In this document: positions 39,189-49,400 of the stretch, piece after piece
Numbering within the stretch: the first letter of the stretch is position 1
How the letters are laid out: each line of letters starts with the position of its first letter
Source of the DNA: Escherichia coli
Lineage (GTDB): Bacteria > Pseudomonadota > Gammaproteobacteria > Enterobacterales > Enterobacteriaceae
DNA: 64,000 nt
Direction: 5' to 3' (one strand)
Assembly: GCF_036507355.1 (NCBI RefSeq)
Contig: NZ_AP027877.1
Notes under the pieces: model-generated
The model's input: only the letters and a program-made list of their open reading frames with translations
Databases searched by the model: none
What the model was told of the DNA's origin: nothing
Position numbers and translations under genes: made by a program

Positions 39189-40523
39189 ATGAATAATGAC
39201 AATACCGATTACGTGAGTAATGAATCAGGGACGCTTTCGCGATTATTTAAACTACCTCAGCATGGGACCACCGTCCGCACAGAATTGATTGCGGGGATGA
39301 CCACTTTTTTAACCATGGTGTACATCGTTTTTGTGAATCCACAAATTCTCGGCGCGGCACAAATGGACCCGAAAGTGGTGTTTGTTACCACCTGTTTGAT
39401 TGCCGGTATCGGCAGCATTGCGATGGGGATATTTGCTAACTTACCTGTGGCGCTGGCTCCGGCAATGGGGCTGAACGCCTTCTTTGCCTTCGTGGTCGTG
39501 GGGGCGATGGGTATCTCCTGGCAGACCGGGATGGGCGCGATATTCTGGGGCGCAATTGGGCTATTTTTGCTCACGCTGTTTCGTATCCGGTACTGGATGA
39601 TCTCCAACATTCCATTAAGTTTACGTATTGGTATCACCAGTGGAATCGGATTATTTATTGCCTTAATGGGATTAAAAAACACTGGCGTTATTGTCGCCAA
39701 TAAAGACACCCTGGTGATGATTGGCGATTTAAGCTCTCACGGCGTGTTGTTAGGTATATTAGGTTTTTTTATTATAACCGTATTGTCATCACGTCATTTT
39801 CATGCCGCGGTGCTGGTTTCCATCGTCGTCACTTCCTGCTGCGGATTATTTTTCGGTGATGTTCATTTTAGCGGCGTCTATTCCATTCCGCCTGATATTA
39901 GCGGCGTCATTGGTGAAGTAGATTTGAGCGGCGCGTTAACACTTGAACTCGCCGGTATCATTTTCTCCTTTATGCTGATCAACCTATTTGATTCATCAGG
40001 AACATTAATTGGTGTAACTGATAAAGCTGGCTTAATAGATAGTAACGGTAAATTCCCCAATATGAATAAGGCGCTGTATGTTGATAGCGTCAGTTCGGTG
40101 GCGGGTGCGTTTATCGGCACCTCGTCTGTTACTGCCTATATTGAAAGTACTTCTGGTGTGGCAGTCGGTGGCCGCACGGGGCTGACTGCGGTTGTGGTTG
40201 GCGTTATGTTCCTGTTGGTTATGTTCTTCTCACCGCTGGTGGCGATGGTTCCTCCTTACGCAACCGCTGGAGCGTTAATCTTTGTTGGCGTGCTGATGAC
40301 TTCGAGCCTGGCGCGCGTTAACTGGGATGATTTTACCGAATCGGTGCCTGCGTTTATTACCACGGTGATGATGCCCTTTACTTTCTCGATCACCGAAGGG
40401 ATTGCACTCGGCTTTATGTCGTACTGCATCATGAAAGTGTGCACCGGGCGCTGGCGCGATCTGAACCTGTGTGTGGTGATGGTCGCAGCTCTGTTTGCAC
40501 TCAAGATTATTCTGGTGGATTAG
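39189..40523 (+). CDS. adeQ: NCS2/AzgA-family adenine permease AdeQ/YicO (444 aa)
   Basis: MNNDNTDYVSNESGTLSRLFKLPQHGTTVRTELIAGMTTFLTMVYIVFVNP. The start is chosen to match the known length. Confidence 0.93.
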   Translation: MNNDNTDYVSNESGTLSRLFKLPQHGTTVRTELIAGMTTFLTMVYIVFVNPQILGAAQMDPKVVFVTTCLIAGIGSIAMGIFANLPVALAPAMGLNAFFAFVVVGAMGISWQTGMGAIFWGAIGLFLLTLFRIRYWMISNIPLSLRIGITSGIGLFIALMGLKNTGVIVANKDTLVMIGDLSSHGVLLGILGFFIITVLSSRHFHAAVLVSIVVTSCCGLFFGDVHFSGVYSIPPDISGVIGEVDLSGALTLELAGIIFSFMLINLFDSSGTLIGVTDKAGLIDSNGKFPNMNKALYVDSVSSVAGAFIGTSSVTAYIESTSGVAVGGRTGLTAVVVGVMFLLVMFFSPLVAMVPPYATAGALIFVGVLMTSSLARVNWDDFTESVPAFITTVMMPFTFSITEGIALGFMSYCIMKVCTGRWRDLNLCVVMVAALFALKIILVD

Positions 40524-40575
40524 TAACTGGCGAGGGTTTCCAGATATCATGAGTTCTGATTACGCAGGAGAACTC

Positions 40576-41028
40576 ATGATCTGGATAATGCTCGCCACGC
40601 TGGCGGTAGTGTTTGTGGTTGGTTTTCGGGTGCTGACATCCGGGGCCAGAAAAGCGATTCGCCGTCTCAGCGATCGGCTGAATATCGATGTTGTACCCGT
40701 GGAGTCGATGGTCGATCAAATGGGAAAGTCAGCTGGTGACGAATTTTTACGTTATTTGCATCGTCCGGATGAGTCGCACCTGCAAAACGCCGCGCAGGTG
40801 TTGCTCATCTGGCAAATTGTCATTGTCGATGGTAGCGAACAGAACCTGCTGCAATGGCATCGGATTTTACAAAAAGCCCGCCTTGCCGCGCCGATTACCG
40901 ATGCTCAGGTCAGGCTGGCGCTGGGTTTTCTGCGCGAAACTGAACCTGAAATGCAGGATATTAATGCTTTTCAGATGCGCTATAACGCATTCTTTCAGCC
41001 TGCCGAGGGCGTTCACTGGCTGCATTAA
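40576..41028 (+). CDS. yicN: DUF1198 protein YicN (150 aa)
   Basis: MIWIMLATLAVVFVVGFRVL, with a GCAGGAG RBS upstream. The K-12 length is 150 aa as I recall. Confidence 0.85.
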   Translation: MIWIMLATLAVVFVVGFRVLTSGARKAIRRLSDRLNIDVVPVESMVDQMGKSAGDEFLRYLHRPDESHLQNAAQVLLIWQIVIVDGSEQNLLQWHRILQKARLAAPITDAQVRLALGFLRETEPEMQDINAFQMRYNAFFQPAEGVHWLH

Positions 41029-41075
41029 AACCGCTTCGTCTTATCAGCCTACAGACCGTGCCTGACCTGTCGGGT

Positions 41076-41103
41076 GGATAAGGCGTTCACGCCGCATCCG
41101 GCA
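41076..41103. repeat. REP element
   Basis: ggataaggcgttcacgccgcatccggca. Confidence 0.8.
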
Positions 41104-41143
41104 TCGGAACTGACAGTAGGTGAACGCATTATCTACGTTCTAT

Positions 41144-41467
41144 TTACAGCAGCACCTCCAGCCCGTGTTTTTGCACAATGCTGAGCAGTTTTAATGAAAT
41201 GCCATTGGGGCGTTTAGCGCCACTTTCCCATTTTTGTACAGTTGAAACGCTGGTATTGAGATAGTGAGCGAAGACGGGCTGACTCACTTTTAATTTTTCC
41301 CGCAGTGCTTTTATCTCAACAGGTTGTAAGTCTTGCACGCTGGTCAGGCAGGCTTTGTCAAAAGTACGCATTGTTTCGGCAGAAATAGCATCGACGCTGG
41401 ACAATCCAGCCGCTGCGCTGTGAATAGCCTCAAATGCAGGACTTTTAAATTTAGTTTTTGCAGTCAT
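41144..41467 (-). CDS. XRE-type HTH antitoxin (107 aa), YiaG/NadS (COG2944)-like
   Basis: Contains the HTH LREKLKVSQPVFAHYLNTSVSTVQKWESGAKRPNG. It overlaps the upstream toxin gene by 17 nt. Confidence 0.7.
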   Translation of the reverse strand: MTAKTKFKSPAFEAIHSAAAGLSSVDAISAETMRTFDKACLTSVQDLQPVEIKALREKLKVSQPVFAHYLNTSVSTVQKWESGAKRPNGISLKLLSIVQKHGLEVLL

Positions 41468-41810
41468 AGCAGATCTCTGTCAGTTCTTTAGTGTTAATCA
41501 TTGCTGTTAGTTGGGCTTTCGTCAGGAAGGCATAATGCTTTGCAAGTTCACGAAACCCAGCCAGTTCCTGACTATTGATGTTCGACATATCCTGTTTTGC
41601 ATATAAAAACGTGTAAAACCAATTGCTTCCCCCTTTTGCCAGAATAATTGCACGCTCACGATTTTGGTGAAGGCGCTTTTTAAAAACGCCACCACCAAGT
41701 GCATCAGCTTTACCTTGCTCCGTTTCTAAAATGGCCCGGCACAACTCTTCATCTGTTATTGCATGAGACCTGGCTTCCCTTGCAAACCATTTGGTTTTAA
41801 ACACGCGCAT
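41451..41810 (-). CDS. RelE/HigB-like type II toxin (119 aa), DUF1044/COG4737-like
   Basis: MRVFKTKWFAREARSHAITDEELCRAILETEQGKADALGGGVFKKRL...ILAKGGSNWFYTFLYAKQDMSNI is the pattern I associate with this toxin family. The gene order is toxin first. Confidence 0.65.
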   Translation of the reverse strand: MRVFKTKWFAREARSHAITDEELCRAILETEQGKADALGGGVFKKRLHQNRERAIILAKGGSNWFYTFLYAKQDMSNINSQELAGFRELAKHYAFLTKAQLTAMINTKELTEICYDCKN

Positions 41811-42037
41811 ATCGTTGAGGTCCTGTTATTAAAGTATATCACCAAGTGCAATACTTTATCCCTTATTCCCAACCCAATCGCGAAAATGCATATCAGCTTG
41901 CCCTATGATTTTTGTTTCTTCGAGCAGCCTCGAACTTTTCCCACAACACCGTAAAAGTTGCAAAAACGTTAAATGCGTCACACATTTCAATGTTAAAGTG
42001 GTCGGCTTTTCCCCTGAAACATGCCACGGGTAACACC

Positions 42038-43222
42038 ATGAGTGAATTTATTGCCGAAAACCGCGGCGCGGATGCCATCACCCGACCGAACTGGTCAGCC
42101 GTTTTCTCGGTGGCGTTTTGTGTCGCCTGTCTGATTATCGTTGAGTTTTTGCCCGTCAGTTTGTTGACGCCAATGGCCCAGGATTTAGGCATTTCGGAAG
42201 GGGTTGCTGGGCAATCGGTGACCGTGACCGCCTTTGTGGCAATGTTTGCCAGTTTGTTTATTACCCAGACAATTCAGGCCACTGACCGCCGCTACGTTGT
42301 TATTTTATTTGCCGTTTTGCTGACGCTCTCCTGTTTGCTGGTTTCCTTTGCTAACTCATTCAGTTTGCTTTTAATCGGTCGTGCCTGTCTGGGGCTGGCG
42401 CTGGGCGGGTTCTGGGCGATGTCGGCGTCGCTGACCATGCGTCTGGTACCGCCGCGTACGGTGCCGAAGGCGCTGTCGGTGATCTTCGGCGCGGTTTCTA
42501 TTGCGCTGGTGATTGCCGCGCCGTTGGGCAGTTTTTTAGGCGAGCTTATCGGTTGGCGCAATGTCTTTAATGCGGCGGCGGTGATGGGCGTGCTGTGTAT
42601 TTTCTGGATTATCAAATCATTGCCTTCACTGCCAGGCGAACCCTCGCATCAGAAACAAAATACTTTCCGCTTATTACAACGTCCGGGTGTGATGGCAGGG
42701 ATGATCGCCATCTTCATGTCTTTCGCCGGGCAGTTTGCTTTCTTCACGTATATTCGCCCGGTGTATATGAACCTGGCGGGATTCAGCGTGGATGGCTTAA
42801 CGCTGGTGCTGTTGAGTTTTGGTATCGCCAGCTTTATCGGTACGTCGCTTTCGTCGTTCATTCTTAAACGTTCGGTAAAACTGGCCTTAGCAGGCGCGCC
42901 GTTAATACTGGCTGTGAGTGCGTTGGTGCTGACGTTGTGGGGAAGCGATAAAATCGTTGCTACCGGCGTGGCGATTATCTGGGGGCTAACTTTTGCATTG
43001 GTTCCCGTCGGCTGGTCAACGTGGATCACCCGCTCACTGGCCGATCAGGCAGAAAAAGCCGGGTCTATTCAGGTGGCGGTTATTCAGCTTGCTAATACCT
43101 GTGGCGCGGCAATCGGCGGTTATGCGCTGGATAATATTGGTCTGACTTCGCCGTTGATGTTGTCCGGCACATTGATGTTGCTGACGGCGTTATTGGTCAC
43201 CGCAAAGGTGAAAATGAAGTAA
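42038..43222 (+). CDS. nepI: MFS purine ribonucleoside efflux pump NepI (394 aa from this ATG)
   Basis: [51 protein letters not shown]. Confidence 0.92.
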   Translation: MSEFIAENRGADAITRPNWSAVFSVAFCVACLIIVEFLPVSLLTPMAQDLGISEGVAGQSVTVTAFVAMFASLFITQTIQATDRRYVVILFAVLLTLSCLLVSFANSFSLLLIGRACLGLALGGFWAMSASLTMRLVPPRTVPKALSVIFGAVSIALVIAAPLGSFLGELIGWRNVFNAAAVMGVLCIFWIIKSLPSLPGEPSHQKQNTFRLLQRPGVMAGMIAIFMSFAGQFAFFTYIRPVYMNLAGFSVDGLTLVLLSFGIASFIGTSLSSFILKRSVKLALAGAPLILAVSALVLTLWGSDKIVATGVAIIWGLTFALVPVGWSTWITRSLADQAEKAGSIQVAVIQLANTCGAAIGGYALDNIGLTSPLMLSGTLMLLTALLVTAKVKMK

Positions 43223-43423
43223 CGTATTTACAGGAGGGTTATTGCTCTGGCGGGAAAGCTCTCCTGTTCTTCCCCCTGATAACGCTTGATCAGGTATTGT
43301 TCTTATCTTGTTGTTATTTCCATTATTCCGCCTGTATTCATCATTTGCTAATCATGAATCATCATTTTCCCTCATGTTAAAGAAAGGTCATTTAATCTGA
43401 ACGCATAGCGACAGGGATGACAA

Positions 43424-46400
43424 ATGGCAGGGAAAGCGCATGGGAATGGCGATAGTCGGGGCGATAACACCATATGTGGATTGGGGGATCGTTTACGTCG
43501 TCTGACCGCCGGTATTTGCCTGATAACACAAACTATATTCCCTGTTATGGCCGCTGCCCCTACGCATATTAATCATGCGCGTTCGGATACTGCCACGTCC
43601 CTGATCCTGCCGAACGTTAAAACTATTCCATATACCCTGGGGGCATTGGAATCGCCATCAACGGTCGCGGCACGCTTTGGTATCACCGTTGATGAATTAC
43701 GTCGCCTGAATCAGTTTCGTACCTTTGCGCGGGGCTTTGACAATGTGCGTCAGGGCGATGAAATAGATGTGCCCCTCATTAACAGTAATAGCCCTGAAGC
43801 GCGCAACCTGAAAGCAATGCAGATGGAGCGCGACGGCAAAGATCCGCAAATGCAGGTCGCGGAAATGGCGCAGCAAAGCGGAACACTTTTAGCTCGCGAT
43901 ATGGACAGCGAACAGGCGGCGAGTATGGCGCGTGGCTGGGTGGCTTCTTCTGCATCTGCGCAGGCAACGGACTGGCTCAGTCGTTGGGGAACTGCCCGGG
44001 TATCTCTTGGTGTGGATGAAGATTTCAGCCTTAAAAGCTCTTCATTTGAATTTCTCCATCCCTGGTACGAAACGCCGGATAACCTGGTCTTCAGCCAGCA
44101 CACACTTCACCGTACGGATGATCGCACTCAAACCAACCACGGTATCGGCTGGCGTTATTTCACCCCGAGCTGGATGTCTGGCGTCAATATGTTTATCGAT
44201 CATGACCTGACCCGCTATCACACCCGAACCGGGATGGGCGTTGAATACTGGCGCGATTACCTGAAACTGAGCGGCAACGGTTATCTGCGCCTCAGTAACT
44301 GGCGTAGTGCACCGGAACTCGACCATGACTATGAAGCACGTCCAGCGAACGGTTGGGATCTTCGCGCCGAAGGCTGGTTACCGGCCTGGCCGCAGCTGGG
44401 CGGCAAGCTGGCCTATGAACAATATTATGGCGATGAAGTGGCGCTGTTTGGTAAAGACGAGCGACAAAATGATCCTCACGCGATTACCGCAGGTTTGAGT
44501 TACACCCCTGTTCCTCTGATCTCCTTTAGTGCCGAGCAACGGCAGGGCAAACAGGGAGAAAACGACACCCGAATTGGTATGGAGTTGACGTTGCAACCTG
44601 GTCATTCACTGCAAAAACAGCTCGATCCGGCTGAAGTTGCAGCACGACGCAGCCTTGTGGGCAGTCGCTATGACCTGGTCGATCGTAATAACAATATTGT
44701 CCTCGAATATCGCAAGAAAGAGCTGGTGCGGCTGACGCTGACCGATCCGTTGAAAGGCAAGCCGGGTGAGGTGAAATCGCTGGTTTCTTCCTTACAGACC
44801 AAATATGCGCTGAAAGGTTATGACATTGAAGCCGCCTCCCTGCAATCAGCGGGCGGAAAAGTAGCTGTTTCCGGCAAGGATATTCAGGTCACTATTCCTC
44901 CCTACCGATTCACGGCAATGCCTGAAACCGACAACACTTACCCGATAGCGGTTACAGCGGAAGATTCGAAAGGAAATTTCTCCCGGCGTGAAGAAAGTAT
45001 GGTGGTCGTGGAAAAACCCACATTAAGCCTCGCCGATTCAACGCTTTCTGTCGATCTGCAAATCCTGCTTGCTGATGGAAAATCAACCTCAATGCTGACC
45101 TATACCGCGCGAGATTCCAGCGGCAAGCCAATCCCAGGTATGACGTTAAAAACACAGGCGAAAGGTTTGCAGGATTTCGCCTTAAGCGAATGGAAAGACA
45201 ACGGTAACGGAACCTATACCCAAATAGTTACCGCCGGGAAGACGTCTGGCGCGTTATCGCTGATGCCGCAATTTAACGGCGACGATATCGCTAAGACGCC
45301 AGCGCTGATTGCTATCGTGGCGAATACGGCATCCCGCGCTGACTCCACGATTGAGACAGACCAGGATAATTACGTCGCGGGTAAGCCGATAGTCGTTAAA
45401 GTGACCCTGAGAGATGATAACGGCAACGGGGTTACCGGACGAAAAGAGCTTCTCAAACAAACCGTTAAAGTAGACAACACGAAGGCTGATGCCGTTAGTG
45501 CCTGGACGGAAGAAAGTGAGGGAATTTACAAAGCAAGCTATACGGCCCATCTCATTGGCGACAAATTAACGGCCCAGCTGACGATGCCCGGCTGGCAAAC
45601 CAAACATTCGGATGCGTTCAGTATTGCGGGTGATAAAGATACCGCCAAAATCGCTGCGATGCAGATCACCGCGAATAACGCAGTTGCCAGACGCGATCAC
45701 AATACCGTCGCTGTGACGGTCAGGGATGTGCATCAAAATTTATTGCAGGGACAAAATGTTACCTTCACGGTCGTGAATGGTGCGGCGGTTTTTGCCGATC
45801 CGAATGGCGGTATTGTGACGACAGATAAAGACGGGATAGCCAGCGTTAACCTTGCCAGTGACCAGGCGGTAAACAGTCTTATCAAGGCCGAGATCAATGG
45901 CAGTAGTCAGTCTGTGGAAGTGAGCTTTATCACTGGCGATATCTCGCAGCTGACCTCCACCATCAAGACGGACGATGTGTCATACACTGCGGGTGGCAAG
46001 ATAAAAGTGTCCGTCACCCTTATGGATGAGCAGAAAAACCTGGTGAAAGGGATGGCTTCGCTGCTGGCGGGTAGCGGTGTGGTCGAGGTGAGCGGTACAG
46101 ATAAAAATGAAACGGGTAACTGGAGCGAAGAGTCTGACGGCGTTTACACCACCACCCGAACCGCGAAGATTGCTGGCGATCGCCATTACGCCACGCTGAA
46201 ACTATCGACATGGAGTAGCGCGCAGCAATCCGATGCGTATGCCATCCGCGAAAGCGGAGCTGTGCTGGCTTATTCCTCCATCGTTACCGACAAAACGACC
46301 TACACCGCGGGCGGCGTGATAAAAGTTACGGTAACACTCAAGGATAGCTATGAAAACCTGGTCGGGGGGCAACGAGACGCTATCAACCAGGCTATTCAGC

Positions 46401-49400
46401 TGCCAAATACAAAAGCGGAAAGCATCGCCTGGAATGAAGATCAAAAAGGAATTTATACCGCAACGTATACCGCCTTACTCCCTGGCACCGGTTTAAAAGC
46501 ACAGCTACAGATGTCCGACTGGGCGAGCGCTCTGACTTCAAATGATTACAGTATTAGTGGCGATGCCGCCAGCGCACAAATTGTCGCGATGCAAGTGACA
46601 ACGGGTAACCCGGATGTGCTGGCGAATGGCAGCGATCGACATACGGTGAATGTCCGGGTGGAAGATCAGTTTGGCAATGTGCTGCCGGAGCAGACCGTCA
46701 CCTTTACGGTGACGAAGGGGGCGGCTGTATTTGCCAATGCAGGGCAGAGCGCAGATATCAGGACGGATGCGCATGGTATGGCAGAGGTTGATCTGAGCAG
46801 TACCGTAGCGGATGCCAGCACTGTTGAGGCTAAGGTCAATCAAAGCAGCGATAGTAAAACGGTGAACTTTGTTGCTGATGTCAGCACGGCGCAGATCGCT
46901 GATCTGGTGGTCATTAAGGATGGCTCAGTGGCAGACGGTTCGACGGCGAACACGCTGCGGGTGAGGGTGACGGATGCGTTCGGTAATGCGCTGGACGGGC
47001 AGACGGTCAGCGTGTTGGCGGACAACGGCGCAACGGTGTCTCCGACGGTCATCACAGGCCCGGACGGCACGGTGGAGATCTCTGTTACCAGTCAGACAGC
47101 CGGAATCAGTGCAGTCACCGCCAGCATCAACAGCAGCAGCCAGAGCCGGAACGTGACGTTTGTTGCCGATATCAGGACGGCGCAGATCGCGGAGCTGGTG
47201 GTTATTAAGGATGGTTCAGAGGCGGACGGTGCGACGGCGAACACGCTGCGGGTGAGGGTGACCGATGCGTTCGGTAATGAGCTTGCCGGGCAGACGGTCA
47301 GCGTGTTGGCAGGCAACGGTGCAACGGTTGCCCCGACGGTCATCACAGAGCCGGACGGCACGGTGGAAATCAGTGTCACCAGCCAGACGGCAGGCACCAC
47401 TGCGGTCACTGCCAGCATTAACAGCAGCAGCCAGAGCCGGAACGTCACGTTTATTGCGGATGTCAGGACGGCGAAGATCGCGGACCTGGTGGTCACCCGG
47501 GATAACTCAGTGGCAGACGCTTCGACGGCGAATACGCTGCAGGTGAAGGTCACCGATGCTAACGGTAATACGCTTGCCGGGCAGACGGTCAGCGTGATGG
47601 CAGGCAACGGTGCAACGGTTGCCCCGACGGTGATTACAGAGCCGGACGGCACGGCGGAGATCAGTGTCACCAGCCAGACGGCGGGAGTCTGTGCAGTCAC
47701 CGCCAGCATCAACAACAGCAGCCAGAGCCGGGATGTGACGTTTATCGCCGATGTCAGGACGGCAAAAATAGCGGATCTGGTGGTAACCCGGGATAACTCA
47801 GTGGCAGACGGTGCGACGGCGAATACGCTGCGGGTGAGGGTCACCGATGCGTTCGGTAATGCGCTTGCCGGGCAGACGGTCAGCGTGATGGCGGACAACG
47901 GTGCAGCGGTCGCTTCGACGATGACCACAAAGCCGGACGGCACGGTGGAGATCAGTGTCACCAGCCAGACGGCGGGGATCAGTACTGTCACTGCATCCAT
48001 CAACAACAGCAGCCTGAGCCGGGACGTGACATTTATCGCCGATGTCAGGACGGCGCAGATCGCTGATCTGGTGGTCATTAAGGACGGCGTAGTGGCAGAC
48101 GGCGCAATGGCGAATATGCTGCGGGTGAGGGTCACCGATGCTAACGGTAATACGCTTGGCGGACAGATGGTCAGCGTGACGGCAGGCAACGGCGCAACGG
48201 TCACTCCGACGGTCACCACGCAGCCGGACGGCACGGTGGAGATCAGTGTCACCAGCCAGACGGCGGGGAGCAGTACAGTCACCGCAACCATCAACACCAG
48301 CAGCCTGAGTCAGAACGTGACGTTTGTCGCCGATGTCAGCACGGCGAAGATCGCGGATCTGGTGGTGACGCAGGACGGCTCAGTGGCAGACGGTTCGACG
48401 GCGAACACGCTGCGGGTGAGGGTGACGGATGCGTTCGGTAATGCGCTGGACGGGCAGACGGTCAGCGTGTTGGCGGACAACGGCGCAACGACTGCCCCGA
48501 CGGTGATCACAGAGCCGGATGGCACGGTGGAGATCTCTGTCACCAGCCAGACGGCGGGCACCAGTGTGGTCACCACCAGCATCAACAGCAGCAACGCGAG
48601 CAGGAACGTGACGTTTATTGCGGATGTCAGGACGGCGCAGATCGCTGATCTGGTGGTTACCCGGGATAATTCAGTGGCGGACGGTGCGACGGCGAACACG
48701 CTGCGGGCGAGGGTGACCGATGCGTTCGGCAATGCGCTTGCCGGGCAGACGGTCAGCGTGTTGGCGGACAACGGCGCAACGGTGTCTCCGGCGGTCACCA
48801 CAGAACCAGACGGCACGGTGGAAATCAGTGTCACCAGCCAGACGGCAGGCACCACTGCGGTCACTGCCAGCATTAACAGCAGCACCCTGAGTCAGAACGT
48901 GACATTTATCGCCGATGTCAGGACGGCGAAGATCGCGGACCTGGTAGTCATTAAGGACGACTCAGTGGCAGACGGTGCAATGGCGAATATGCTGCGGGCG
49001 AGGGTCACCGATGCGTTCGGTAATACGCTTGCCGGGCAGACGGTCAGCGTATCGGCAGACAACAGCGCAATGGTCACTCCGACGGTGACCACGCAGCCGG
49101 ATGGCACGGTGGAGATCAGTGTCACCAGTCAGACGGCGGGAGTCAGTACTGTCACCGCCAGCATCAACAGCAGCAGCCTGAGCCGGAACGTGACGTTTGT
49201 CGCCGATGTCAGCACGGCAAAAATAGCGGATCTGGTCGTTATCCAGGATAACTCAGTGGCTGACGGCGCAATGGCGAACACGCTGCGAGTGAGGGTGACC
49301 GATGCGTTCGGGAATGCACTTGCCGGACAGACGGTCAGCGTGTTGGCGGATAACGGCGCAACGGTCGCTCCGGTGGTCACCACGCAGCCGGACGGTACGG

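Noticed and set aside
39011-39202. 63-aa minus-strand ORF in the ade-adeQ divergent intergenic region.
   Set aside because: It lies in a very AT-rich promoter region, overlaps both gene starts, and has an Ile/Asn/Phe-rich composition and no RBS.
43277-43293. TGATAACGCTTGATCAG upstream of air, loosely reminiscent of the TGAnnG-N5-TGAnnG layout of the 18-nt box.
   Set aside because: Only the TGAT half-sites are shared, the spacing differs (10 rather than 11), and the central T-run is absent. It is too weak to count as a sixth box and is noted only as something to test if EilA binding is assayed.
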